From positions 1 through 64,000 of the forward strand of contig CAZZIO010000029.1 of assembly GCA_964654465.1 (NCBI GenBank): 64,000 bases of DNA, given 5' to 3'. Made by a program: the position numbers and the translations under genes. This stretch comes from an uncultured Dictyoglomota bacterium (lineage in GTDB: Bacteria; Dictyoglomota; Dictyoglomia; Dictyoglomales; Dictyoglomaceae). The notes beneath the pieces were generated by a model. The model was not told where the DNA came from and did no database searches. It saw only the letters and a program-made list of their open reading frames with translations. Shown here in pieces: positions 41,115 to 51,934 of the stretch. Every line of letters starts with the position of its first letter. Within the stretch, counting starts at the first letter, position 1.

Positions 41115-42629
41115 TTACTTTATAATTATACTCCTTCCTTCCACCTTTGGATTTATAGGAGAATGTTTTTTCAAGTATTCTACAAAAACATCTCTTAACA
41201 TATCTCCGTAGATAATATTTTTGCCTCTTGTGAAAGCTGTAAATTTGTCTCCACCCGCAGCAAGAAAATCATTGGTTACTACTCTATAAACCTTGTTTAA
41301 ATCTAAGGGTTCATTCCCAACAAAGACCTCTATCACCCTTGATCCTATAGGTCTTGTCATATTATATTTTACTCTAATTCCTGAAGTTTGTAAAATACCC
41401 TTTTCTAAGGTAGCGCTTTGTTCTAAAAGATCTAATATGTCTTTTCCTGTTAGATCCATTATTACCAATACATTATCAAAGGGAAGTAGAGTATATACTT
41501 GTTCCATTGTTATTTTACCCTTAGGGATATCTGTTCTTATGCCACCGCTATTTTGGAATGCAATTTGGGCATTACTTGCTTCTAACATTGCATCACATAT
41601 TACATTACCTACGTTTGATTCTTCATTATAATTTCTTACAAGATCCACAAGAGTTTCCCCTACAATTTTCGAAAATTCTTCTTTAAGTTGAGCATTATAT
41701 TTGTCAATTATTTCGGCTACATTAGGGTCATATTTATCCTCGGGTCCTGCAAAAACAGTTTTTAGTTCTTTTTCTTTTGTAAAACCTAAAATTAAACCAG
41801 TTTCAGGTTGTACTTTTAAATCTAAAACCCCTAAATATATACCATTGTATCCTGCTTGTACAATAATTGTTCCTCTAACTATTAAAGGATCTGTAACTAC
41901 TGTATGGCTATGTCCTCCTACTATTACATCAATTCCAGGAACCTTTTCTGCAAGGGCTTTATCTGCAGCATAACCTAAGTGGGATAATACTATTATTAAA
42001 TTGGCTCCTTGGTTTTTTACTTCCCTAATTAAGTTAGGGAGTACTTTTTCAGGTTCTATAAAAGTTAAATCTTTAACATAATCAGGTTTTACTATATAAG
42101 CAGTTTCAGTAGTTGTAAGTCCTATTATTGCAATTTTAAGACCTTTTCTCTCAATAATGATATAGGGTTTAACATTTGGAAGATATGTTTCATCTTTTAA
42201 TATATTTCCCGCTAAAAAGGGAAAATTGGAGGATTTTATCCATTGTTGCAGAGTATCTTGTCCCCAATCAAATTCATGATTTCCAATGGTCATGGCATCA
42301 AACTTAAGATAATTCATTATTTTAATAACGGGTTCGCCTTTAAATATATTTGATATAGGAGTACCTTGGAACATATCTCCAGCAGAAAGAAGTATGGTGC
42401 CTTCTGGATTCTTAGCTCTTTCTTCGTTTATCATATAGGCTAAATAGGCTCCGCCACCTACTGGAATTTTCTCACTAATGCTTTTCACAATGTATGGTAG
42501 AAGTCTTCCATGAAAATCATTGATGTGGAGTATCTTTATATCTATTAAATTGGAAGTTTGAGAGAAAGAGAGGCTAATAAGAAGAAATAAAATCAACAGG
42601 AGAAGGAGAGTTTTTTTTAAATACCTCAT
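41115..42629 (-). CDS. Secreted 5'-nucleotidase / bifunctional metallophosphatase
   Basis: Signal peptide, HINDFHG, AGDMFQG, GNHEFDWG, GGHSH, NSGGIR, LPFDN, FLAAGGD. Confidence 0.93.
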   Translation of the reverse strand: MRYLKKTLLLLLILFLLISLSFSQTSNLIDIKILHINDFHGRLLPYIVKSISEKIPVGGGAYLAYMINEERAKNPEGTILLSAGDMFQGTPISNIFKGEPVIKIMNYLKFDAMTIGNHEFDWGQDTLQQWIKSSNFPFLAGNILKDETYLPNVKPYIIIERKGLKIAIIGLTTTETAYIVKPDYVKDLTFIEPEKVLPNLIREVKNQGANLIIVLSHLGYAADKALAEKVPGIDVIVGGHSHTVVTDPLIVRGTIIVQAGYNGIYLGVLDLKVQPETGLILGFTKEKELKTVFAGPEDKYDPNVAEIIDKYNAQLKEEFSKIVGETLVDLVRNYNEESNVGNVICDAMLEASNAQIAFQNSGGIRTDIPKGKITMEQVYTLLPFDNVLVIMDLTGKDILDLLEQSATLEKGILQTSGIRVKYNMTRPIGSRVIEVFVGNEPLDLNKVYRVVTNDFLAAGGDKFTAFTRGKNIIYGDMLRDVFVEYLKKHSPINPKVEGRSIIIK

Positions 42630-42666
42630 TGTTTTTTAATCCTCCTTTGGAAAGATTATGTTTTAA

Positions 42667-43905
42667 TTATAACAAGAATCTTATAAATATAAAAATTCCG
42701 AATGAAATTCCACTTTTCATTATATACTTGTAAACTTTATTCCAATCAGCATTAAAATATTCCCTTGTAAGAACTAAACAAAGATGCATAGGAGATACCA
42801 TTACTCCTAGATATCCGCTTAAGAATGCCAATAAGATGTATTTTAATGGATTAACATATGGAAGCATTCCCACTAATATTGGAAAGCTAATTCCAATAGA
42901 AGCAGAGGTAACTCCAGTTAATATGCCAACTATAAAGGGTATCAAAAAGAAAATAAGAGGGGTTGGAATGAAAGAAAAGTTAAGTAAATAGGCAATATCT
43001 GATACTGCTCCTGTAACTTCTAACATTTTTTTGAAGATCATTACCCCTAATATCAAGATTAGATTCTGTGGTTTTATTGAAGTCTTTAATGTATTAAAAA
43101 TTTGGTGTGTATCAAAACGAAATATGACAAAAAGCAAAATAACAATTCCTAAAAGAACATATAAAAGATCAAAATGAAGAAAGATTACAGCAAAGATTAA
43201 TATCAAAATAGGTAGGAAGGAGATTATAAAATCTTTAATGGGATTTTGAGAAATTGATATACCTTGGTTTTCTAAATTTTGATCTTGAGCTTGTTCTAAG
43301 GAATCGATCTCTTTAGAAGGCATTTTATAAAAGGAAAAAAGTAAACCTATAGCAAGTACGAATAATCCATATGGTAATGCTTCTTTTACAAGAATGTTTA
43401 TAGGAGTTTGGGTTAGAGCTGAAACCAATATAATTCCTGGATATATAGGTAGAAATGGTTCCCATATATGCCTAAGCCAATAATTTATATAGCTTTTTCT
43501 TTCAGGTTCTAAATTATCATTGTCTGTTGATTCTTCTATGAAAGGTGCAGAAAAAAGAGCTCCGCCTACAGATGGAAGAAGGCCCATTATGATTGGCATA
43601 GATATCAAACGAATTTTATCGTCTTTAATCAAAGTTTTTAGCGAATTAACCATTTTTTTTAATACTTCTTTTTCTTTTAATATGGATTCAAATACTGCTA
43701 TGAGATATAGGATTAAAAGAAGACTAATAGTATTCCAGTCTTTAACTGCTTCAAAAAAGGATTTTAAAATAGTATTTATGGATAGGCCAAAGCTTATACC
43801 CATAATTATGCTTCCACCTAAAAGTGCCCAATGAAGAGGGAATTTTTTGGATATTAATACTACAATAATACCAAAAATAATGGTTACCTTTAAGAGAGCT
43901 ATCAT
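42667..43905 (-). CDS. DUF401 family membrane protein
   Basis: GLLPSVGGALFSAP, NYWLRHIWE..P.YPG, SPMHLCL. Confidence 0.85.
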   Translation of the reverse strand: MIALLKVTIIFGIIVVLISKKFPLHWALLGGSIIMGISFGLSINTILKSFFEAVKDWNTISLLLILYLIAVFESILKEKEVLKKMVNSLKTLIKDDKIRLISMPIIMGLLPSVGGALFSAPFIEESTDNDNLEPERKSYINYWLRHIWEPFLPIYPGIILVSALTQTPINILVKEALPYGLFVLAIGLLFSFYKMPSKEIDSLEQAQDQNLENQGISISQNPIKDFIISFLPILILIFAVIFLHFDLLYVLLGIVILLFVIFRFDTHQIFNTLKTSIKPQNLILILGVMIFKKMLEVTGAVSDIAYLLNFSFIPTPLIFFLIPFIVGILTGVTSASIGISFPILVGMLPYVNPLKYILLAFLSGYLGVMVSPMHLCLVLTREYFNADWNKVYKYIMKSGISFGIFIFIRFLL

Positions 43906-43906
43906 C

Positions 43907-44803
43907 TTATATCACCCCTATCCATAAGTTTAATGTGATAAGAGAAATTAATGTGGAATAAATTATTACATGGGAGGCAAAAACAGAGTCCAAATCAAAT
44001 TGTAAAGCAAGCACTAAGGCTGTTAGCATGGATGGCATAGCAGATTCTAATACAGTGACTTTATAGGGTACATCGGTTATTCCTAATACTCTTGAAAAGA
44101 TTAAAGCAAGAAAGGGAAATAAGAGAAGTTTTAAGGTAATACCTGAGATAATACCTAATGTGGATTTATTGTTTTTTTGTGGTTTTGAAAAGGATAAACC
44201 TAAAAGAAACATCATGAGTGGTGTTGTGGCTTTTCCTAATATGGAAAGACTATCGATTAAAAAATCAGGAAGTTTATAGGGTGAAATTATAAATCCTAAA
44301 ATTAATCCCCATAAAGGGGGATTATTTACTACTTTTTTTATTGTAAAGTTAAGATTTACTTTCTGAGCACTTAGCAAACTTATCAAGATAATACCTATTG
44401 TGTATATAAAAATAATCATACCTAATTGATCATAAATGATAGCAACAGTTAAACCTTGATTTCCATAAAGTTTCTCCATAATAGGATATCCTAGAAAGGT
44501 TACATTACCACCCACACTTACAAGAAAAAGACTTCCAATGGTTTTTTTGTTTAGATTTAGTCCAAAACCTATAAGTAGAGCAAGAATACCAGTTATGATA
44601 CTAACTATCCATTCTACAATTACTACTTTATATAATGAAATTTGTGGGGGGTTAGTGTAAATAGAATAAAATACTAAAGCAGGTAAAGAAAAGTTGTATA
44701 CGAATTTTGAAAATATTTCTCTATCTTCTTCTCTAAATATCTTATATTTAGAGATAAATCCTAATAAACTAATTAAAATCAGAGTTATTAATGTTTTTGA
44801 CAT
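43907..44803 (-). CDS. AEC family transporter
   Basis: SLPALVF, GNVTFLGYP, NPPL, PLMMFLLG, ESAMP. Confidence 0.88.
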   Translation of the reverse strand: MSKTLITLILISLLGFISKYKIFREEDREIFSKFVYNFSLPALVFYSIYTNPPQISLYKVVIVEWIVSIITGILALLIGFGLNLNKKTIGSLFLVSVGGNVTFLGYPIMEKLYGNQGLTVAIIYDQLGMIIFIYTIGIILISLLSAQKVNLNFTIKKVVNNPPLWGLILGFIISPYKLPDFLIDSLSILGKATTPLMMFLLGLSFSKPQKNNKSTLGIISGITLKLLLFPFLALIFSRVLGITDVPYKVTVLESAMPSMLTALVLALQFDLDSVFASHVIIYSTLISLITLNLWIGVI

Positions 44804-46031
44804 TTTTCTTTGGATCCTCCACTTTATATACGAAATATAGAATATTTATTATTCCTAAAATGAGTAAGCAATGAAAAAGAAAGTAATATCCTTTTGTATC
44901 TGCAATTTTTCCTGCCAAAATAGGAGCTATAAAGGAAAAAGGTGCAAAAATAAGATTGATAGATCCTAAATAAAGTTCTCTTCTTTGGGAAGGGGAAAGA
45001 TCAAGTATAAAGGCTAAATCTCCAACATAGAAAGCACTATTTATAATTCCGATAAAAATATAAACCGTATAGAAAGAAATTATATTATTTGCAGTTAAGA
45101 GAAGAATAAGAGATATTAATGTTGAAATTCTTCCCAAAAGGAGGGTTATCTTGTGACCAAATTTATCTCCTATGGGGCCTATGATAAAGGATGAAAGAGC
45201 TTGGGAAATTAAAAGGATGCCTGTAAAGTCTGCAACTATCTTATCTGGAATTTTAAATTGTTTTACAGAGAAAACTGATACAAAACTGATAAAGGATAAT
45301 GAAAAGGTGTTTAGAATTCTTGAGATTGTATAATTTCTAAAATTTTTATCTTTAAAGACTATCTTTATACTTTTGATATACTCAGTGAGGGATGTATCTT
45401 GAACTTCATTTTCGTCAGGTTCCTCTCTGGTCAAAGATAGGAAAACAAAGGATATTAATAGAGCTATTCCAGCACAAAGGAAAGAATAGCCAAAGTTTAT
45501 TGGAAATTGATAGGTGGAAAGGAAATATCTCGCTAAAAAAGCACCTCCAATCCCCATTATAGCTCCCAAACCATTTCCCATTGCGAAAAAGGTTCCTCTT
45601 TTACTTGGATGTATTACCTTACTTATCATGCTCATCCAAGGAGGTCCTAAAAATCCCATTGAAAATGTTGCAATGGCAAGTAAAAATAATGACAGATATA
45701 AAGAAAGTTTTGGAAAAGGAGATGCTAAAAAGAAGGCTATAAAAGACATAAAAAGATATGGAAGTCTTTCTCCCATGGTTACTTTTAATACTAATTCTAT
45801 TTTTCTTTTATATCTTTCTGAAGCTCTTGCACCTAATATGGCTGGAATTGCCCATCCTAAGTTTGCAATTGCAGGAATTAATCCAATCTCAAGATTTCCA
45901 GCACCTAAATTCTTGGCAAATAAGGGTAAGAGGGTCTGAATAGAACCAAAGGTCATTCCCAAATTAAAGAATGCATTATCTATGGCATTGACTATAAAGT
46001 TCCAGCTATAATCCTTTTCTCTTAGACTCAT
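44769..46031 (-). CDS. MFS transporter
   Basis: About 12 TM helices, GPIGDKFGHK motif. Confidence 0.88.
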   Translation of the reverse strand: MSLREKDYSWNFIVNAIDNAFFNLGMTFGSIQTLLPLFAKNLGAGNLEIGLIPAIANLGWAIPAILGARASERYKRKIELVLKVTMGERLPYLFMSFIAFFLASPFPKLSLYLSLFLLAIATFSMGFLGPPWMSMISKVIHPSKRGTFFAMGNGLGAIMGIGGAFLARYFLSTYQFPINFGYSFLCAGIALLISFVFLSLTREEPDENEVQDTSLTEYIKSIKIVFKDKNFRNYTISRILNTFSLSFISFVSVFSVKQFKIPDKIVADFTGILLISQALSSFIIGPIGDKFGHKITLLLGRISTLISLILLLTANNIISFYTVYIFIGIINSAFYVGDLAFILDLSPSQRRELYLGSINLIFAPFSFIAPILAGKIADTKGYYFLFHCLLILGIINILYFVYKVEDPKKNVKNINNSDFN

Positions 46032-46142
46032 AGCTTTTATAATATCAAATTTTTAATCTTCAGATAAGACTAATATTAAATGAAAAATTTAATGTATAAT
46101 TTAAAATCAAGAAAATAATTATTTGTTGGGAGGATTACTTTT

Positions 46143-47072
46143 ATGGGATATATGAAGGGAAGAGATCTACTTTCTATTTTGGATCTTTCAAAAGAAGAAA
46201 TGGAGTATATATTTTCTCTTGCTAAAAGTTTGAAAAGTGATTTTCTTTCTGGAAAAAAACAGCATGATTATCTGAAAGGAAAAACAGTAGCCTTATTTTT
46301 TGAAAAACTATCTACCAGGACAAGAATATCTTTTGAGGTAGGAGTATATCAATTGGGAGGATATCCTCTTTATCTTAATGTTCAAGATATGCAACTAAAG
46401 AGAGGAGAAACAATTTCTGATACAGCGAGGGTACTTGAAAGATATGTGGATGGTATAATGGCAAGGGTTTATCAACATTCAACTTTAGAAGAGTTAGCAA
46501 AATGGGCTAATATACCGGTGATAAATGGACTTTCTGATTTGGAACATCCATGTCAAGTTATTTCTGATTACTATACTATTTTTGAAAAAAAGGGATATAA
46601 AAGATTAAAGATAGTTTATCTTGGTGATGGAAATAATGTGGCTAATTCGTTAATTTTGGCCGGAGCTCTTTTAGGTATGGAGATAGTATGCTCATCTCCA
46701 AAAGAATATTATCCTCCTTTAGAGATTATAAGAAAAGCTGAGGATTTAGCTAATAAAACAGGTGGAAGTGTGCAAATTATAGAAGATCCAAAAGAAGCAG
46801 TAAAAAATGCTGATGTTTTATATACAGATGTATGGGTAAGTATGGGACAAGAGGAAGAGAAAGAGTTAAGGAGAAGGGTTTTTCCTCCATATCAGTTAAA
46901 CAAAGATCTTGTTAGTTTGGCAAAAGATGATGTTATAGTAATGCATTGTCTTCCTGCCCATAGAGGTGAAGAGATTACAGATGATGTTATGGATGGGGAA
47001 CATTCGGTGGTTTTTGATCAAGCAGAAAACAGACTACACGTACAAAAAGCTATCTTGGCTTTGTTTATTTGA
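46143..47072 (+). CDS. argF: Ornithine carbamoyltransferase
   Basis: STRTRISFE, HPCQ, GDGNNV, TDVWVSMG, HCLP, QAENRLH. Confidence 0.97.
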   Translation: MGYMKGRDLLSILDLSKEEMEYIFSLAKSLKSDFLSGKKQHDYLKGKTVALFFEKLSTRTRISFEVGVYQLGGYPLYLNVQDMQLKRGETISDTARVLERYVDGIMARVYQHSTLEELAKWANIPVINGLSDLEHPCQVISDYYTIFEKKGYKRLKIVYLGDGNNVANSLILAGALLGMEIVCSSPKEYYPPLEIIRKAEDLANKTGGSVQIIEDPKEAVKNADVLYTDVWVSMGQEEEKELRRRVFPPYQLNKDLVSLAKDDVIVMHCLPAHRGEEITDDVMDGEHSVVFDQAENRLHVQKAILALFI

Positions 47073-47110
47073 TGCTTTTTTAAAATTCATTTTTAATGTA
47101 AAATATTTCT

Positions 47111-49114
47111 ATGAGAAGTGTTTTCATTAAGATAGGTATACTTTTAGTATTCTTTGTATTACTCTTAGGTTTGTCCTCTTTAACCTTTTTTAAGGTATGG
47201 GAGAAACAAACTATAGATCTAAGATTTCATATTAGGGGAGAGACAAAACCCTCAGAAGATATTGTTATTGTTGGTATAGACGATAACTCAATTGAAGGTA
47301 TTGGAAATTGGCCTTGGGAAAGATCTATTCATGGTAGATTTCTTGAAGTTCTAAGAAAAGAAAATCCTAAACTTGTAGTTTTTGATATTTTGTTTGATAC
47401 CAAAACAGCTAAGGATACCATATTTGCTAAAAGCTTGAAATCCTTTAAGAAAGTTGTTTTATCTAATTATTTATATACTTATTTTGATAAAAGGCTTAAT
47501 ATAAGTCTACTTTCTCTAAAAGAACCGGTAGATATAATAAAGGAAGCTTCTCTTGCTACGGGTTATAGTAATGTATTAATAGATGACGATAATAAGGTCA
47601 GAAGGGCAAGACCTTATGAAGTGAATGAAACAGGTATTAAATACTATTCATTACCGCTTGTGGTTTATGGGATAGTTAGAAATGAATTTCCATATAAATA
47701 TATTTATAAATTACCTGAGTTCTTTTATATAAATTTTAGGGGTGGAGAAGGATCATTTAGATATTTTTCCTATATAGATGTTTTAAATGGGAGATTCACT
47801 CCTAATACTTTTAAGAATAAGATTATTTTTGTGGGAGCTGTTTCTCCTATGTTAAAAGATACTTTTCTCCATCCTTTTTCAGGATATTTATCTCCTTCTG
47901 GAAAATCATATTCATATATGCCGGGTGTAGAAATCCATGCTAATATTCTTGATAATTTGTTAAATAATGATTATTTTAAAACCATAATTTTCCCTTTAAT
48001 TCTAATAATTAATTTTCTTTCTGTATTTTTTACAGGTATTTTTTTAGGTAAAAAGATGGTTTTGAATGTTTTTATAACTATCTTTCTTATCTTGTTATAT
48101 TTTGGACTTTCTTATTATTTGTTCTTGAAACATATTATAGCTCCTGTGGTTTCTCCTTCTCTTGGGATGGTATTGGGTTTTTTAGGAAATTTGGTATATC
48201 AGAGTATACTGCCTAAGGAAAGATTAGAAGGAATTACTATTAAGAAAAGATATAAAATATTGAAAAAACTAGGATCTGGGGGTATGGCTTCAGTTTATTT
48301 GGCAAAAGATTTAGTTACTAAGAAAGATGTTGCCATAAAAATACTTCATCCCCAATATGCAGAAGATAAAGAGGTCTTAGAAAGATTTTATAGAGAAATA
48401 CAAGTATGTAAAGATCTTGATCATCCTAGTATCGTTAAGGTGCTTGATCATGGAAAAGAGGATGATCATGTATTTATGGTAATGGAATATGTGTCAGGGA
48501 AAGATTTGAAGAAAATTATGGAGGAGAAAGGTCCTATACCTGTGGATTTAGCAGTGGAAATTATAAAAAAAGTTGCTTGTGCTCTTTCCTATGCAAATTC
48601 AAAAAATATTGTACATAGAGATATAAAACCTCAAAATATTATGATAACTAATGATGGTAAAGTAAAACTCATGGATTTTGGAATTGCCCGAATAGGGGGA
48701 CTTACCACATTAACTCAGACAGGTATTTTTATGGGTACTCCTCAGTATGCATCTCCAGAACAGTTAGAAGGTAAAAAAGTAGATATTAGATCTGATATTT
48801 TTTCCTTAGGAATAGTTTTTTATGAAATGTTAACGGGATTATTACCTTATGCTGAAGAAACAACTATTTCTCTTATGTTAAAAAGATATCAAGAAGAATT
48901 ACCAGATGTAAGGAGTATCAATCCCAATATACCTGAGGGAATATCTATGATTATTAAAAAAATGACTGCCCGTTTTCCAGAATTTAGATATCAAACTCCA
49001 GAAGAATTAATTGATGACCTCAATAGAGGTTATCCTTTACATCCTTATGAAGAGAAAAATATTTCATCTTCAGATACAATTATAAGAAGGGATAAAGATA
49101 AAAAAGATAATTAG
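47111..49114 (+). CDS. CHASE2-domain membrane Ser/Thr protein kinase
   Basis: IVIVGIDD..G.WPWER, FDILF, D.D..VRR, MPGVEIHAN, three TM helices, then GSGGMASV, VAIK, HRDIKPQN, DFG, SPE. Confidence 0.95.
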   Translation: MRSVFIKIGILLVFFVLLLGLSSLTFFKVWEKQTIDLRFHIRGETKPSEDIVIVGIDDNSIEGIGNWPWERSIHGRFLEVLRKENPKLVVFDILFDTKTAKDTIFAKSLKSFKKVVLSNYLYTYFDKRLNISLLSLKEPVDIIKEASLATGYSNVLIDDDNKVRRARPYEVNETGIKYYSLPLVVYGIVRNEFPYKYIYKLPEFFYINFRGGEGSFRYFSYIDVLNGRFTPNTFKNKIIFVGAVSPMLKDTFLHPFSGYLSPSGKSYSYMPGVEIHANILDNLLNNDYFKTIIFPLILIINFLSVFFTGIFLGKKMVLNVFITIFLILLYFGLSYYLFLKHIIAPVVSPSLGMVLGFLGNLVYQSILPKERLEGITIKKRYKILKKLGSGGMASVYLAKDLVTKKDVAIKILHPQYAEDKEVLERFYREIQVCKDLDHPSIVKVLDHGKEDDHVFMVMEYVSGKDLKKIMEEKGPIPVDLAVEIIKKVACALSYANSKNIVHRDIKPQNIMITNDGKVKLMDFGIARIGGLTTLTQTGIFMGTPQYASPEQLEGKKVDIRSDIFSLGIVFYEMLTGLLPYAEETTISLMLKRYQEELPDVRSINPNIPEGISMIIKKMTARFPEFRYQTPEELIDDLNRGYPLHPYEEKNISSSDTIIRRDKDKKDN

Positions 49115-49572
49115 AGGCATTTAAATACTAAGACCACATCTCCTAATTGTATGATGTCTCCATCATGTAAAAGTTCCTTATTAACTTTTAATCCATTTAC
49201 CATTGTTCCATTAGCACTTCCCAAATCCTCTATAAAATATTTATCCTCACTTCTTATTATCTTAGCATGAAATCTTGACACTGTTGGATTAACTATTACA
49301 ATGTCATTTTCCCTTTCTCTTCCAATAGTTGTTTCGTCTTTAATAATTTTAAAGTCTTTACCTCTATCTTCTCCATGTTTTATGATTAAGTATGCCCAAT
49401 TTATAGGAAGAAGTGTAGCATCCATTTTCATAGTATTAGAAGTGCCAGTTATTATATCATTTTTACCCATCTTTTGGATATTGATTTTCCCTTTTTCCTT
49501 TCTTCTCAAATAAATATCATATATTAATAGGGCAATAAAGATTACTAATAAAATAACTAAAAAAATATTCAA
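49111..49572 (-). CDS. Membrane-anchored FHA domain protein
   Basis: N-terminal TM; IGR, VSRFHA, DLGSANGTMVNG; TTG 49572 preferred because AAAGGGGGAAGG precedes it (track start 49590). Confidence 0.93.
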   Translation of the reverse strand: MNIFLVILLVIFIALLIYDIYLRRKEKGKINIQKMGKNDIITGTSNTMKMDATLLPINWAYLIIKHGEDRGKDFKIIKDETTIGRERENDIVIVNPTVSRFHAKIIRSEDKYFIEDLGSANGTMVNGLKVNKELLHDGDIIQLGDVVLVFKCL

Positions 49573-49659
49573 TTTCCTTCCCCCTTTCATTTAGATCTTT
49601 ATTGATGATTATATAAGAAAAATCGAAATTTGGCAATGATTGTTAAAGTTTATTAAAAT

Positions 49660-49690
49660 AATGCATAAAATTGCATTTTTATGGTATAAT
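49660..49690 (+). promoter_or_regulatory. ARG-box-like palindrome over the -35 region of the argG operon promoter
   Basis: AATGCATAAAATTGCATT (49660-49677); extended -10 TGgTATAAT (49682-49690). Confidence 0.65.
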
Positions 49691-49720
49691 TTTTCAAAAT
49701 TGATTGGGAGGTATATGGTT

Positions 49721-50914
49721 ATGAGTAAAGACAAAGTAGTGCTTGCATATTCTGGAGGATTAGATACCTCTGTAGCGATAAAATGGCTTATGCAAAAATA
49801 TTCATTAGATGTAATAACTTTGACAGTAGATATTGGGCAGGGAATAGATTTGGAAGAAATAAAGAAAAAGGCTGAAAATTTAGGGGTAAAGAAGGCTTAT
49901 GTTCTTGATTTAAAAGAAGAATTTGTAAATGATTATATAATTCCTGCTATAAAAGCTAATGCAATGTACGAAGGAGTTTATCCTCTTGCCACAGCTCTAT
50001 CAAGACCTCTTATTGCTAAATATTTAGTTAAAGTGGCAAAGGAAAATGGAGCAAAGTATGTAGCTCATGGGTGTACTGGAAAAGGAAATGATCAGGTTAG
50101 AATAGATCTTGGGGTGAAGGCCTTAGCACCAGATTTAGAAATTATTGCTCCAGTTAGGGAATGGAATTTTTCGAGAGAAGAAGAGATTGATTATGCAATA
50201 GAGAATAATATACCTATACCTGTTTCAAGAAAAAGTCCTTTTAGTATTGATGAGAATTTGTGGGGAAGAAGTATAGAGGGTGGAATTTTAGAAGATCCAT
50301 GGCAGGAGCCTCCAGAGGAAATTTATCAATGGACAAAATTAGAGAAGGAAGAACCATCTTATATTGAAATTACTTTTGAAGAAGGAATCCCTGTAGAATT
50401 AAATGGTGAAAGAAAAAATCTATTACAAATAATAGAAAACTTGAATGAGATCGTTGGTTCATATGGGATAGGAAGAATAGATCATATTGAAAATAGACTT
50501 GTGGGAATCAAATCTAGAGAAATTTATGAGGCACCCTCTGCGGTGGTAATAATAAAGGCTCATGAAGCTTTAGAAGATATGGTATTACCAAGAGAACTTG
50601 CACATTTTAAGAAGATTCTTGAGGGGAAATATGCTGAACTTGTATATTATGGCCTTTGGTTTGATCCTTTTAGAGAAGCTATTCAAGCCTTTATGGATAA
50701 AACTCAAGAAAGAATCACAGGAAAAGTAAGGATAAAGCTTATGCCTTGGAATTTTTCTGTAGTAGGAAGAATGTCTCCCTACTCTTTGTATGATCATGGG
50801 CTTGCTACTTATGATAAAGGAAGCACCTTTTCTACTGAGTCAGCAGTAGGTTTTATAAAACTTTTTGGACTTCAAAATTATCTATATGCATTAAGGGGAA
50901 ACCAAAATGATTAG
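49721..50914 (+). CDS. argG: Argininosuccinate synthase
   Basis: [39 protein letters not shown] 49721 is 8 nt after GGAGGT. Confidence 0.98.
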   Translation: MSKDKVVLAYSGGLDTSVAIKWLMQKYSLDVITLTVDIGQGIDLEEIKKKAENLGVKKAYVLDLKEEFVNDYIIPAIKANAMYEGVYPLATALSRPLIAKYLVKVAKENGAKYVAHGCTGKGNDQVRIDLGVKALAPDLEIIAPVREWNFSREEEIDYAIENNIPIPVSRKSPFSIDENLWGRSIEGGILEDPWQEPPEEIYQWTKLEKEEPSYIEITFEEGIPVELNGERKNLLQIIENLNEIVGSYGIGRIDHIENRLVGIKSREIYEAPSAVVIIKAHEALEDMVLPRELAHFKKILEGKYAELVYYGLWFDPFREAIQAFMDKTQERITGKVRIKLMPWNFSVVGRMSPYSLYDHGLATYDKGSTFSTESAVGFIKLFGLQNYLYALRGNQND

Positions 50915-51917
50915 AGTAGGTATTGTAGGTGCTTCTGGATATGTAGGACAAGAACTTACTCGGATCTTGTTGAAACATGGAAAAGTAGAAAAAATATATC
51001 TTTTTACTGACCATTTTGAAGGTGCTGATATATTTAGAGGTGACAAGTTAATAATAAGGGAAAGAAAAGATTACCAAGAATATGTGGATGATTTAGATTT
51101 ATTCTTTTTTGCCCTTGGAAATGGGGAGCTTTTAAAAATTTTATCAGAAAGTAGAGTTCCAGAAAGATTCATAGATTTAAGTGCAGATTTTAGATTTAAA
51201 AATCCTTATGAGTATGAGAGAATTTATGGTATAAAACATACATTACCTAATGTATTAGAGGAAGTTGTATATGGACTTCCAGAGATTTTTAGAAAAGAAA
51301 TAAAAAAGGCAAAATATATTGCAAATCCTGGGTGTTATCCTACTGCTTCTATTTTAGGGATATATCCATTGATTAAGGAAGGAAAGACTTTTGGATCTGC
51401 AATTATAGATGCAAAATCTGGGATTTCAGGTGCAGGTAGAAAACCTTCTGATAAAAATATATATGGAAACATTGCAGAAAATTTCCAGGCTTATTCTATT
51501 CTAAATCATAGGCATCAGCCTGAAATAGAGAATGTGATTAAAGAATTTGGTTATATAAAAGTTTTATTTGTACCTCAACTTTTACCAACCTTTAGAGGTA
51601 TATTTGCTTCCATATATGTACCTTTAAATGAAGAGATATCTTCTGAAGATCTTTTTGAAATTTACACGAATATATATAAAAATGAACCTTTTGTTAAAGT
51701 TCTTCCTCCTTTTACTTCCCCAGAAATTAAGAAAGTAAGAGGGACGAATTGGGTATTTATAAGTGCTCAAGTAGATAAGAATACTAAAAATGCATTAATA
51801 TTTGTGGCTATAGATAATTTGATAAAGGGAGCTGCGGGACAAGCAGTACAAAACATGAATATTATGTTTGGTTTTTCAGAGGAAGAAGGACTTGATTTTT
51901 TACCTTTATATCCATAG
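50907..51917 (+). CDS. argC: N-acetyl-gamma-glutamyl-phosphate reductase
   Basis: [49 protein letters not shown]. Confidence 0.97.
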   Translation: MIRVGIVGASGYVGQELTRILLKHGKVEKIYLFTDHFEGADIFRGDKLIIRERKDYQEYVDDLDLFFFALGNGELLKILSESRVPERFIDLSADFRFKNPYEYERIYGIKHTLPNVLEEVVYGLPEIFRKEIKKAKYIANPGCYPTASILGIYPLIKEGKTFGSAIIDAKSGISGAGRKPSDKNIYGNIAENFQAYSILNHRHQPEIENVIKEFGYIKVLFVPQLLPTFRGIFASIYVPLNEEISSEDLFEIYTNIYKNEPFVKVLPPFTSPEIKKVRGTNWVFISAQVDKNTKNALIFVAIDNLIKGAAGQAVQNMNIMFGFSEEEGLDFLPLYP

Positions 51918-51934
51918 ATTAAGGAGAGATAAAT

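Noticed and set aside
46078-46110. Possible ARG box before argF
   Set aside because: Only half-site matches
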